Positions 18,732 through 27,811 of a stretch of DNA of 64,000 nt are shown here, piece after piece. The notes below the pieces were generated by a model. That model made no database searches, was not told the DNA's origin, and saw only the letters and a list, made by a program, of their open reading frames with translations. The DNA is taken from contig BTVY01000032.1 of assembly GCA_045863335.1 (NCBI GenBank), forward strand, positions 20,591 through 84,590, in the 5' to 3' direction. Position numbers and translations under genes: made by a program. This DNA comes from Candidatus Hydrogenedentota bacterium. GTDB taxonomy: Bacteria > Hydrogenedentota > Hydrogenedentia > Hydrogenedentales > SLHB01. Numbering within the stretch: the stretch's first letter is position 1; each line of letters begins with the position of its first letter.

Positions 18732-19919
18732 TTGGAGAGTCCATACACATACTACCGTTCGGCCATTGCCGGGCGTGTCATGCCGCTGGCCTACGTGGAC
18801 CTCGATCGATTCGACCAGAACGCCCGCGACATCGCGGCTCGATCCCAAGGCCGGCGCATTCGCGTCGCGTCCAAATCCATTCGTTGTGTCCCGCTTATGG
18901 AGCGCATCCTGGCCACCGGCGCGCCGTACGAGGGTATCATGGCCTACAGCGCGCGGGAAGCCGTGTTCCTGAGCCAGCAAGGGTTCGACGATATTCTGAT
19001 TGCCTACCCCGTGGTTCACGAAGCCGAGGATGCGCGTCTTTGTGAAGAGCTGCAGCGCGGCAAACGCATCGTATGCATGGTCGACTGCTTTGAGCACGTG
19101 CAGCTCCTCGACAAGCTGGGACGCGACCACGCCGTCGAAGTGCCGGTCTGCATCGATATTGACCTGGCGACCGAGTTTCCCGGACTCTACTTCGGCGTCC
19201 GCAGGTCACCGTTACGGACGCCGGTTGACGTAATCGAGTTGTCCCGTCGTATCGCCGCGGCCAAGAACGTGCGCCTTGCGGGGGTGATGGGATATGAAGC
19301 GCAAATCGCGGGACTGCCCGACAACGCTCCCGGCCAGGGAGTCAAGAATGCGTTCATCCGGTTTCTGAAGCGGCGATCCCTCGCGGACTTTCGTAAACGC
19401 CGCGCGGACATCGTGCAGGCGATTCGTGATGAAGGTATCGAATTGGAGTTCGTCAACGGCGGCGGCACAGGGAGCGTCGAGACGTCCATTGAAGAGGAGT
19501 GCTTGACCGAAGTCACCGTAGGCTCCGGTTTCTTTGCGCCACTCTTGTTTGACTGGTATCAGTCATGCCGGCATCTGCCCGCTGTGGGGTACGCCGTTGA
19601 GATCACGCGAAAACCCGCCCCCGGCATCTATACCTGCCACGGCGGCGGTTACGTCGCCTCCGGTACCGGCGCCAATAAGGCGCCCCAGCCGTTTCTACCG
19701 GAGGGCGCCGCGTTGCTTCCCCTGGAAGGCGCCGGCGAAGTCCAGACCCCCGTCCGATACGAAGGGCCGGAAACGCTCAACCTGGGCGACCCGATCTTCA
19801 TGCGCTACGCGAAGGCAGGGGAGATGTGCGAACGCTTTAACTTGCTCCTGGCCATACAAGGCGGCGCGGTCGTGGCTGAATATCCTACCTACCGGGGCGA
19901 AGGACAGGTGTTTCTGTAG
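18732..19919 (+). CDS. Fold-type III PLP enzyme (alanine racemase-like amino acid deaminase/aldolase, DSD1 family)
   Basis: PLP lysine motif IRVASKSIRC; GVMGYEAQIAG; FVNGGGTGS; EGAGEVQTP; AKAGEMCERF. Start uncertain. Confidence 0.88.
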   Translation: MESPYTYYRSAIAGRVMPLAYVDLDRFDQNARDIAARSQGRRIRVASKSIRCVPLMERILATGAPYEGIMAYSAREAVFLSQQGFDDILIAYPVVHEAEDARLCEELQRGKRIVCMVDCFEHVQLLDKLGRDHAVEVPVCIDIDLATEFPGLYFGVRRSPLRTPVDVIELSRRIAAAKNVRLAGVMGYEAQIAGLPDNAPGQGVKNAFIRFLKRRSLADFRKRRADIVQAIRDEGIELEFVNGGGTGSVETSIEEECLTEVTVGSGFFAPLLFDWYQSCRHLPAVGYAVEITRKPAPGIYTCHGGGYVASGTGANKAPQPFLPEGAALLPLEGAGEVQTPVRYEGPETLNLGDPIFMRYAKAGEMCERFNLLLAIQGGAVVAEYPTYRGEGQVFL

Positions 19920-19978
19920 TCGTGTTTTTGCTACCGTTATGCGCGGGCATCTCGAGCGCCACCGGGGGGAAATCGGCC

Positions 19979-21268
19979 ATGGGAGCCACAGTGCGAAGCA
20001 ACCTTTCACGCTCAACGGTTGCTCTGGTAATCGGAATTCCGCTTCTTACTAACCTGTGCTGCAATCCTGAATCGAACGACGGGTCGACGCGCACAACAAC
20101 GCCGTTGCATGAGATGGCCCGTGACGGGCGACTCAGCAGCGTGGAAGCGTTGATGGGCCAGGGCGAGAATGTCAACGCGCTCGACGAAGAGGGTAAGTCG
20201 CCGTTGCACTGGGCCGCGGCAAATGGCCACGTGGGAACCGTGTCAGCCCTGATCAACGCGGGAGCCGATCCCGGCGTCAGGGACGACCACGGGATGACGC
20301 CCTTCGACTACGCCAACGCGAACGGCCACAGCCAGACGGCAGATGAGATTGCACGGGCCATTGGCAATGAAGGAAGCCGTCCGCCGTCCGCCTCGGAAGC
20401 CGCCACGCCGTCGGGACTGAATCCGTCGCTGAAATACGTTGATTTGCCGTCCTTCGAAACCGCGATTGGCCAGCCCGCCTGCCTGCTGAAGAGCGACCGC
20501 GTCTGGATGTTCGCGCCGAAGTCTCGGGAAGAGGCCGCGAACGTCGTCTTCCGGTACCTCGTGAACGCCTACGACGTTCTGCGCGGTATCGTCGGGGTAG
20601 ACACCGAGTTTGTTATCGTGGTCTACAATTTTCCGGAAGGCAGCAGAGAGGCCTTTGGCGGTACGAGCAACTGCGCCATCTACTACGACGACACGAACCT
20701 GCAACTGGACCGGCATTCCGAGTGGACGCTACATAGCGTGCCTCACGTTTCGGGATACATCGAGGAGATGGCCCACAACTTCGTCGCTGCGACGAAAGCC
20801 CAATTCGGCTGGGAAATGATGGGGTGGAGCATCGGCATGCACGCCTCGCAGGCGGTCGCAAGCAATCCGGTATTCGTTCAACACTGGACTGAAACGTATC
20901 AGGGCCAGGCGAGTACCTATCAACGGTACGTCGCGGCGGGATTCGTACTTCCTTCCGATGTCCCCGCAAATCAGGTGGACCGCATTCACGCGTACATCCT
21001 GAGCGAGTGCGAACGGCAGTACGGCGCGTCCTTCTGGCGGGATGCCTTCGCTGAAATCCGAAAAGAAGCCCAAGCCCTGCGCGATGCCGCCAATGCAGGA
21101 GAGGATGACGCCATTCGCAATAAGCGGTATCAGATTACGATAGAATGTCTTGATCGGCTACCCGGGATAGAGTTCAAGCAGATGCTGCAAAACAGTGGTA
21201 TTTCGCTGACAACAGACGTGAAATCGCTCCATCCCACGGAGCCGGGCTGGAACCGGCGATTGCAGTGA
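19979..21268 (+). CDS. Ankyrin-repeat putative lipoprotein with an uncharacterised C-terminal domain
   Basis: TPLHEMARDG, GKSPLHWAAANGH and GMTPFDYA repeats; lipobox-like LTNLC-C. Confidence 0.75.
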   Translation: MGATVRSNLSRSTVALVIGIPLLTNLCCNPESNDGSTRTTTPLHEMARDGRLSSVEALMGQGENVNALDEEGKSPLHWAAANGHVGTVSALINAGADPGVRDDHGMTPFDYANANGHSQTADEIARAIGNEGSRPPSASEAATPSGLNPSLKYVDLPSFETAIGQPACLLKSDRVWMFAPKSREEAANVVFRYLVNAYDVLRGIVGVDTEFVIVVYNFPEGSREAFGGTSNCAIYYDDTNLQLDRHSEWTLHSVPHVSGYIEEMAHNFVAATKAQFGWEMMGWSIGMHASQAVASNPVFVQHWTETYQGQASTYQRYVAAGFVLPSDVPANQVDRIHAYILSECERQYGASFWRDAFAEIRKEAQALRDAANAGEDDAIRNKRYQITIECLDRLPGIEFKQMLQNSGISLTTDVKSLHPTEPGWNRRLQ

Positions 21269-21318
21269 GGGGAAGACGCTCCTGCGGCTCATTACCTGGT
21301 TCGTCTGTATCGGCATGA

Positions 21319-21735
21319 TTACGTGCAATCCCGACCATTGAGGAACGTGCGAGGGTCGATCGCTTTCACGGGCGATTCGGTGAAGTCTGCGACATTACGA
21401 GTAACCACGTAGTCACAACCCGCGGTTTTTGCCGACACGGCAACCACGGCATCTTCAAAATCACTCATTGTCGACGCTGTCGCCAAGGTCAGTATCTGAA
21501 AGTCGCAAGCCGCAATTATGAATGAACGCAATAGCCACTCGATGGTGTTCTTGACCTCTTGCGGCTTGAGGTCTCGTTCGAGAAAATACGATATGATCGT
21601 AACGGCGTGGGCCGGGAGAACTCCCTCGACGTTCTTGTACAGAATTGCATCAAGAACTGACGCGGCGTCCTCGAAATGCGGTTCCCTTCGCTGCAGGAAG
21701 TCCAGCAAGACATTGACGTCCAGTAGTACTTTCAT
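21319..21735 (-). CDS. PIN-domain (VapC-like) toxin
   Basis: MKVLLDVNVLLD, DFEDAVV, VTRNVADF. Confidence 0.9.
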   Translation of the reverse strand: MKVLLDVNVLLDFLQRREPHFEDAASVLDAILYKNVEGVLPAHAVTIISYFLERDLKPQEVKNTIEWLLRSFIIAACDFQILTLATASTMSDFEDAVVAVSAKTAGCDYVVTRNVADFTESPVKAIDPRTFLNGRDCT

Positions 21736-21944
21736 TGGTGTTTCTTGCGGAGATGAGCCACATACTCTTCCTGCCGATCGGCAGTTCGCGCGGATTCAAT
21801 AATACCGCCAAACTTCTGAACGTCCGGATGGTGATCTCTTTGTTCCCCACGGATGGGAATCACGTTCACCGCCGTACCTTCCGGAAGAACGGCTGCTTGG
21901 TCAAGGACCACCACGCCCCCTTTGACATGACCTCGGTAAGACAC
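21732..21944 (-). CDS. Antitoxin of the PIN toxin (AbrB/DUF104-like)
   Basis: YRGHVKGGVVVLD...LPEGTAVNV; GGGAGG RBS; 4-bp overlap with the PIN gene. Confidence 0.8.
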   Translation of the reverse strand: MSYRGHVKGGVVVLDQAAVLPEGTAVNVIPIRGEQRDHHPDVQKFGGIIESARTADRQEEYVAHLRKKHQ

Positions 21945-22082
21945 GACATTACCTCCCTTATAACTTGGATAAGTATATCATACCCTGAACCGGCCACGGA
22001 TTTGCGGAAGCATTCCACGTAGCGTCACAATACTATCAAGAATGCGCCATGAGCTAATGTCTACTTACCGTTTGGGGGTCCT

Positions 22083-24116
22083 ATGCGAGTTTCCGTGTTT
22101 ACTGCGTTCTTGTTTCTTGGGATTTCAGCAACCGCGAACGCAACCGTTTTACACATCGCACCGGATGGGGCTGATACGAATCCGGGTACGCAGGATTCGC
22201 CGCTCGCGACGTTTCATGGCACGCGGGACGCCGTACGCGAATTGCGGCAACAATCCGATTGGGTGCCACGGCCGATAACGATTCTCGTCCAGCCAGGACG
22301 GTACCACGTCTCCGAATCATGGAGTTTGACGGCCGACGATGGGGGTAGTCTCGAAGCGCCTGTCGAGTACAAGGCCACCGCGCGGGGCGTGGTCTTGCTC
22401 GGAGGCCGCTATTTGAATCCGGAAGGGTTTCAACCGATCACCGGCGCGGCGCTCGTGGATCGACTCGTTCCCGAAGCCGGAGGCCACGTGATGAACTTCG
22501 ACCTGGAGGCCTCCGGCATCACGGATCTCGGCGCCTTTCCCAACCGGTTCGAGAATGCGCCTCCGTTACCCGAACTCTTCTTCAACGGCGCGCGTATGAC
22601 CCTCGCCCGCTGGCCCAACGATGACTGGGCCACCATCGCGTCGATCGTCGATAGCGGCCCGGCCCCGTGGCGCAACCACTCCTCCGACAAATTGGGCGTA
22701 TTCGAATACAGCGGCGACCGGCCGGAGCGATGGGGTTCCGCGCCGGAAGTCTGGCTACACGGCTACTGGTGTTTCGACTGGAGCGCGGAGACGATCAAGG
22801 TCGGCGCGATTGATACGGAGAACCACCGGATTACCTTGAGCGAGCAGCACCACTACGGGCTTGGCAGTGGCAACCCGGCCCCACGCCGCTACTACGCCAC
22901 GAACCTGCTCGAAGAACTGGATCAGCCCGGCGAATACTTCATTGACCGGGCAGGCGGACAACTCTACTTCTGGCCTCCCGGCGACATGTCTGGGGCGGAT
23001 ATCGTCCTGTCGACGCTGGCTGGACCAGTGATTGCCCTCGACAACGTTTCGCATGTACGGCTGGAAGGACTCACCGTCGAGACCTGCGTCGGCACCGGCA
23101 TCGACGTGAAGGATGGGGAGGGCATCACGATCCAGTCGTGCACCGTCCGCAATACAGGGCAAGATGGAATCGTCATCAACGGCGGCACACGACATACCGT
23201 CGCCGGTTGCGACATTTACGATACAGGAACTGCGGGGCTGCGCGTGAGCGGCGGCGACCGCAAGACACTGACGCCCTGCAATCATGTGATCGACGACAAC
23301 CACATCTGGCGGATATCGCGGCGGCAGCGTACGCACGCCTATAATATCCACATGGACGGCGTCGGCATTCAGGTGACGCATAACCTGCTCCACGACGCTC
23401 CGCATCAGGCCATCGGCCTCGGCGGTAACGACCATCTCATCGAGTTCAACGAGATTCACCACTCTGGCATGGAGACCGATGACAGCGGCGCCTTCTATAT
23501 GGGCCGCAACCCGTCCATGCGCGGCACGATCATCCGCCACAACTACTGGCACCATATCGGAAGCGCGCTGACCCATGGAAGCTGCGCTATCTATTTCGAC
23601 GATGGCTCCGGGGGACAAACGGTAATCGGCAATGTGTTCTACAAGGCGGCCGGAGGAAATTTTGGCGCGGTCTTCGTGCACGGTGGCCATGACAATGACG
23701 TGATCAACAATATTTTCGTGGACTGCAAGCGCGCCATTGGCGCCGCACCCTGGGATGATAACCGGTGGTGGGACTACGTGGCCGCGCCACTGTGGCAACA
23801 GGTACTGCTCCAGGATGTCGATATTACGCAGCCGCCGTACACCACGAAGTATCCCGGCCTCGTGGGATTCATGGAGCGCAACGATCGGCCCCGGCTCAAC
23901 CGCGCGGCCCGCAACCTCGTCGTCCGGTGCGACGAATTCATCAACGGCAATTGGGACGAGCACGACAACTATGTTACCGCGGAAGATCCCGGTTTTGTAG
24001 ACATGGCCCAGCAGAACTTTGGACTTCAGGAGAATGCCCAAGCGTTCTCCGCGCTGCCTGCGTTCGAGCCTATACCTTTCGCGGAGATGGGTTTGCGTAC
24101 CTCTCGCGACAAGTGA
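22083..24116 (+). CDS. Secreted right-handed parallel beta-helix protein (GH141/polysaccharide lyase-like)
   Basis: Signal peptide; HIAPDGADTNPGT, MTLARWPN, NLLEELDQPGEY, DSGAFY, AIYFDDG; PbH1-type repeats. Confidence 0.85.
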   Translation: MRVSVFTAFLFLGISATANATVLHIAPDGADTNPGTQDSPLATFHGTRDAVRELRQQSDWVPRPITILVQPGRYHVSESWSLTADDGGSLEAPVEYKATARGVVLLGGRYLNPEGFQPITGAALVDRLVPEAGGHVMNFDLEASGITDLGAFPNRFENAPPLPELFFNGARMTLARWPNDDWATIASIVDSGPAPWRNHSSDKLGVFEYSGDRPERWGSAPEVWLHGYWCFDWSAETIKVGAIDTENHRITLSEQHHYGLGSGNPAPRRYYATNLLEELDQPGEYFIDRAGGQLYFWPPGDMSGADIVLSTLAGPVIALDNVSHVRLEGLTVETCVGTGIDVKDGEGITIQSCTVRNTGQDGIVINGGTRHTVAGCDIYDTGTAGLRVSGGDRKTLTPCNHVIDDNHIWRISRRQRTHAYNIHMDGVGIQVTHNLLHDAPHQAIGLGGNDHLIEFNEIHHSGMETDDSGAFYMGRNPSMRGTIIRHNYWHHIGSALTHGSCAIYFDDGSGGQTVIGNVFYKAAGGNFGAVFVHGGHDNDVINNIFVDCKRAIGAAPWDDNRWWDYVAAPLWQQVLLQDVDITQPPYTTKYPGLVGFMERNDRPRLNRAARNLVVRCDEFINGNWDEHDNYVTAEDPGFVDMAQQNFGLQENAQAFSALPAFEPIPFAEMGLRTSRDK

Positions 24117-24231
24117 CCGAGGCGATTCATGAGTCCTTGTCACGTTTCTGACCCTCTGCTATAGTGAACGGGAAGGTTGCTGCGGGCAAATCGACCCACT
24201 GCGGCGGGTCCAACGAGAGGTGGCCATCCCC

Positions 24232-25842
24232 ATGCCAGATCAGGTTGCTGTCAATCCTACGATTCCCATGCAGACCGGTACCGCAACCTCGGAGATCGTC
24301 GTGCGCGATCCACGAACGGGGAACGTTCTCTATACGCTTCCCGAACCCTCCGATGTGGATATCGAACGTGCGTTTCAGGAAGCGCGCCAAGCCTTCGCGA
24401 AGGTCCGCGGTATGTCCGTGCGAGAGCGGTTGGACGAGACCCTCAAACTCAAACGATTCTTCCTCGACAACAAGGAGATGATCGTCGACCGCGTCGTGCA
24501 GGAAACCGGCAAGGCCCGGACCGATGCGTTGGTGTCGGAAGTGTTCACGGTGCTCGACATCATCGACTACTACGACAAACACGCCGAACGCCATCTCGCT
24601 GATGCGAAAGTGCCGACTCCGGTCATTCTCTGGCCAAAGAAATCGAAGATCTACTACGAGCCGATCGGGCCCGTTCTGATTATCTCCCCGTGGAACTATC
24701 CGCTGAACCTCGCCATGATCCCCATGATCACGGCCTTCGTAGCGGGGAACTCGATCGTCTTCAAGCCGTCCGAGTGGACGCCCCTCAAGGGACTCATCGA
24801 AGAGATCATTGAGAAGAGCGGTTTCATGAAGGATGCCGTGCAGGTCGTCTACGGCGGGAAAGAGACCGGCCGCAAACTCATCGATCAGCGTCCCGCGAAA
24901 ATCCTGTTCACGGGCAGCACCCGCGCCGGCCGCCAGATCATGGAGCAGGCCGCAAAACACCTCATCCCCGTCGAACTGGAACTGGGCGGGAAAGATCCCA
25001 TGGTGGTCTTCGACGACGCCGATATCGACCGCACCGCGGCGGGTGCCGTGTGGGGCGCCATGACGAACAGCGGCCAGACTTGCACCTCCGTCGAGCGGCT
25101 TTTCGTGCATGAACGCGTTTATCCGCAATTCGTCGAGGCATTGAAACAGAAGATTGAAAAGCTGTCCCATCCGTCACGCGATCGGGGCCGGCCCGATGCC
25201 GGCGACCTGGATGTGGGTTCCATGACGGCCCGATTCCAAATTGAGAAGGTCGAGGATCAAGTCAACGACGCCAAGGCCAAAGGCGCCACCATACACACGG
25301 GCGGCACGCGCACCGAAGACGCCCAGGACTTTCCACCTACCTTGATCACGGACATCACCGACGAGATGAAGATCGCCCACGAGGAGACCTTTGGCCCGGT
25401 GTTGACCGTACAGCCGTTCAAAACCGAAGACGAGGCCGTTCGTCTTGCGAACGATTCCCCGTACGGACTCAGTGCCAGCGTCTGGTCTAAAGACATTGAC
25501 CGCGCCACACGGGTTGCCCGAGCCATCGAAACGGGCAACGTTTCCATTAACAACGTGCTCGCCACACAAGGCAATTCCGCGCTGCCTTTCGGAGGGACCA
25601 AGGAGAGCGGTTTCGGCCGGTACAAAGGCCCGCACGGGCTCCATAGTTTCTCCAATATCAAAAGCATCATGATCGATTCAGGTTCGAAATACGAACCGCA
25701 CTGGTTTCCGTACACGAAAGAAAAGTACTCGCTCTTCAGCAAGTTGCTGGACGCCGTGTACGACGGCGGGACCTTGTGGTTGCTCAAGACGATCCAGGTC
25801 GGCATGAAACTCGAGGCGCACGTCAAGAAGAACAAGTTGTAG
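24232..25842 (+). CDS. Aldehyde dehydrogenase family protein
   Basis: ISPWNYP, FKPSEWTP, FTGST, LELGGKDP, NSGQTC (catalytic Cys), EETFGP. Confidence 0.95.
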   Translation: MPDQVAVNPTIPMQTGTATSEIVVRDPRTGNVLYTLPEPSDVDIERAFQEARQAFAKVRGMSVRERLDETLKLKRFFLDNKEMIVDRVVQETGKARTDALVSEVFTVLDIIDYYDKHAERHLADAKVPTPVILWPKKSKIYYEPIGPVLIISPWNYPLNLAMIPMITAFVAGNSIVFKPSEWTPLKGLIEEIIEKSGFMKDAVQVVYGGKETGRKLIDQRPAKILFTGSTRAGRQIMEQAAKHLIPVELELGGKDPMVVFDDADIDRTAAGAVWGAMTNSGQTCTSVERLFVHERVYPQFVEALKQKIEKLSHPSRDRGRPDAGDLDVGSMTARFQIEKVEDQVNDAKAKGATIHTGGTRTEDAQDFPPTLITDITDEMKIAHEETFGPVLTVQPFKTEDEAVRLANDSPYGLSASVWSKDIDRATRVARAIETGNVSINNVLATQGNSALPFGGTKESGFGRYKGPHGLHSFSNIKSIMIDSGSKYEPHWFPYTKEKYSLFSKLLDAVYDGGTLWLLKTIQVGMKLEAHVKKNKL

Positions 25843-25870
25843 TCCACAGCTCCAAAGGGGGGAACGCGAT

Positions 25871-27313
25871 ATGGGCAGGGGAGAGGCTCGTATCTACGAT
25901 TTTGCCGTGGTTGGTTCCGGTACGTCGGGCGGCGTGCTGGCCTACTATTTGCAGAAGGCCGGTGCGCAGACCCTGCTTATCGAGGCCGGCAAACGCTACT
26001 CGGCCGGCACCTTTCCCCGCAACGAAGCAGATTATTCGGCGCAGTTATTTTGGGGCGGAGGTATCGAGTTCGACTCCCGTTGCATGATGGGTTTTCTGCG
26101 CGGGAAATGCGTCGGCGGCGGATCGGTCGTCAACCAGGCCCTGCTCGACCGGTTTGATGACCTGGCTTGGGACGATTGGCGCGCCGCGTCGGGCATCGAC
26201 TTCCTCACCGCTGACGCCATGGCCCCGCACTACGAGACGATTGAATCGGAATTGTCGCTCCAATCCATCCCCGAGGATCGCCGCAATCGCAATGCGCACC
26301 TCTTCACGCAAGGACTCGACCGACTCGGCATTGCCTGGGCTCCGCTGCGACGCGGACAAAGTCACTGTGCAACGGAGCAAGGCAACGACTGCATGGCGTG
26401 TCTCGGCGGATGCCACCGCGACTCGAAACAAAGCACGTTGGCCACCTTCATCCCGCGCGCGGAAGCATTGGGACTCGAAGTGCTGTCCGAATTCCACGTT
26501 GGCAGAATCGAGCCAGACCGGAACGGCGTCACCATCCATGGAACCGGTCGCGACGGCAAGGAATCCCTTCGGGCAGGCGCCTGCGTGCTGGCTGCGGGGT
26601 CCTTCGGCACCACGCATCTGCTCCTGGCCTCGGGATTCGGGAAACGTCTGCCCGCTTTGGGCAAGGGGTTCTCCATGCACCCGCAGTACATGACCTTCGC
26701 GGAATTCGACGACCCGGTGGATGCCCACAAAGGCGCTTTCCAGTCGGTCAAGTCCGCCGACTTGGGACTCCGGAAGAAGGGGTACAAACTGGAGAACGTG
26801 TTTGCGCCGCCCGTGTCCGTCGCCATGTTGTTCGCCGGCGCAGGCGCGCCCTTGCAAGCATTCATGATGAAGTACCGCCATCTCGCGTGCGTGGAAGTAG
26901 CCGTTCGGGATGAGGCCACCGGGGAGTTGTCCCTCGATCGGCGAGGCCGGCTGCGCGTTCGTAAGGTGTTGACAGACAATGACGAGGCCCGGCGCGACGA
27001 CGGATTGTCCTTGGTGCGTAACCTTTTTGAAAGTCTGGGCGCTAAATCGATATTCCAATCGCCCCTTTACTTCGGACTACACCTGATGGGCGGCTGCGCC
27101 ATCGGCGCCGATCCCCGTTCCTCCGTTGTCGACGAAACTTTCCAAATCCACGGTGTCCCCAATCTGTACTGTGCTGACACCAGCGTGTACCCACTTGCTC
27201 CCGGAATCAACCCGGCCTTGACTTGCATGGCGCTGTCACATAAACTGGCGGGTAATCTTTCCAAGGGCAAGAGGGAAAGGAGGGGTGCGGATGCAGGAGA
27301 AGTGTGGGTCTGA
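25871..27313 (+). CDS. GMC family FAD oxidoreductase (long-chain alcohol oxidase-like)
   Basis: VVGSGTSGG, GKCVGGGSVVN, CMACLGGC, HLMGGC, GINPALT. Confidence 0.9.
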   Translation: MGRGEARIYDFAVVGSGTSGGVLAYYLQKAGAQTLLIEAGKRYSAGTFPRNEADYSAQLFWGGGIEFDSRCMMGFLRGKCVGGGSVVNQALLDRFDDLAWDDWRAASGIDFLTADAMAPHYETIESELSLQSIPEDRRNRNAHLFTQGLDRLGIAWAPLRRGQSHCATEQGNDCMACLGGCHRDSKQSTLATFIPRAEALGLEVLSEFHVGRIEPDRNGVTIHGTGRDGKESLRAGACVLAAGSFGTTHLLLASGFGKRLPALGKGFSMHPQYMTFAEFDDPVDAHKGAFQSVKSADLGLRKKGYKLENVFAPPVSVAMLFAGAGAPLQAFMMKYRHLACVEVAVRDEATGELSLDRRGRLRVRKVLTDNDEARRDDGLSLVRNLFESLGAKSIFQSPLYFGLHLMGGCAIGADPRSSVVDETFQIHGVPNLYCADTSVYPLAPGINPALTCMALSHKLAGNLSKGKRERRGADAGEVWV

Positions 27314-27728
27314 GTTCCTCAATCGGAGGGCATTGAGGGCGCTGGAACGGATGGGGGATCTGGTGGTGCCGAGGGTCGGAAAGCTTCCCTCATTCACCGA
27401 CCTGGGGTGTATCGAACATGTCGATTCTGTTCTCGCCTACGCCCCTCCGGAAGACAGCGCCAGTCTTCGAACCCTTCTCAACGTTCTCTACTTCGCTCCT
27501 TCATTCGTGCTCCGATTTCTTCTTCGCGCCATGGCCAATCCTGACCGGTATCCCGAGTTCCTGGCCGCCAATTTCCGCCTCATCGATATGGGCGTTCGCG
27601 GCGTGGTGCTCTCGCTCTACTACTCGGGCAAGACCGGAACCGGGTACACCGGCCAGACGCCCCACGAATTGATGGGGTACGACGTCACGCGCGTTCCGCT
27701 GGATACCATCGCCAGCGCGACGCGGTAA
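27285..27728 (+). CDS. Hypothetical protein, probable partner subunit of the GMC oxidoreductase
   Basis: Overlaps the GMC stop; the C-terminal 'VVLSLYYS...HELMGY' resembles gluconate-2-dehydrogenase subunit-3-like proteins. Confidence 0.6.
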   Translation: MRMQEKCGSEFLNRRALRALERMGDLVVPRVGKLPSFTDLGCIEHVDSVLAYAPPEDSASLRTLLNVLYFAPSFVLRFLLRAMANPDRYPEFLAANFRLIDMGVRGVVLSLYYSGKTGTGYTGQTPHELMGYDVTRVPLDTIASATR

Positions 27729-27811
27729 CTCGCGCAAAGCGGGCGTTCGGTTCCGGGTAAACCTAGCCACCGTGCATCCTTTGCGCCTCGTCGGGTATAC
27801 TACTCCCTATC

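Noticed and set aside
17581-18750. Ribonucleotide reductase beta subunit (nrdB/nrdF)
   Set aside because: The motifs match R2lox, and no R1 subunit gene is nearby. The 85-codon N-terminal extension in the ORF track is probably not translated.
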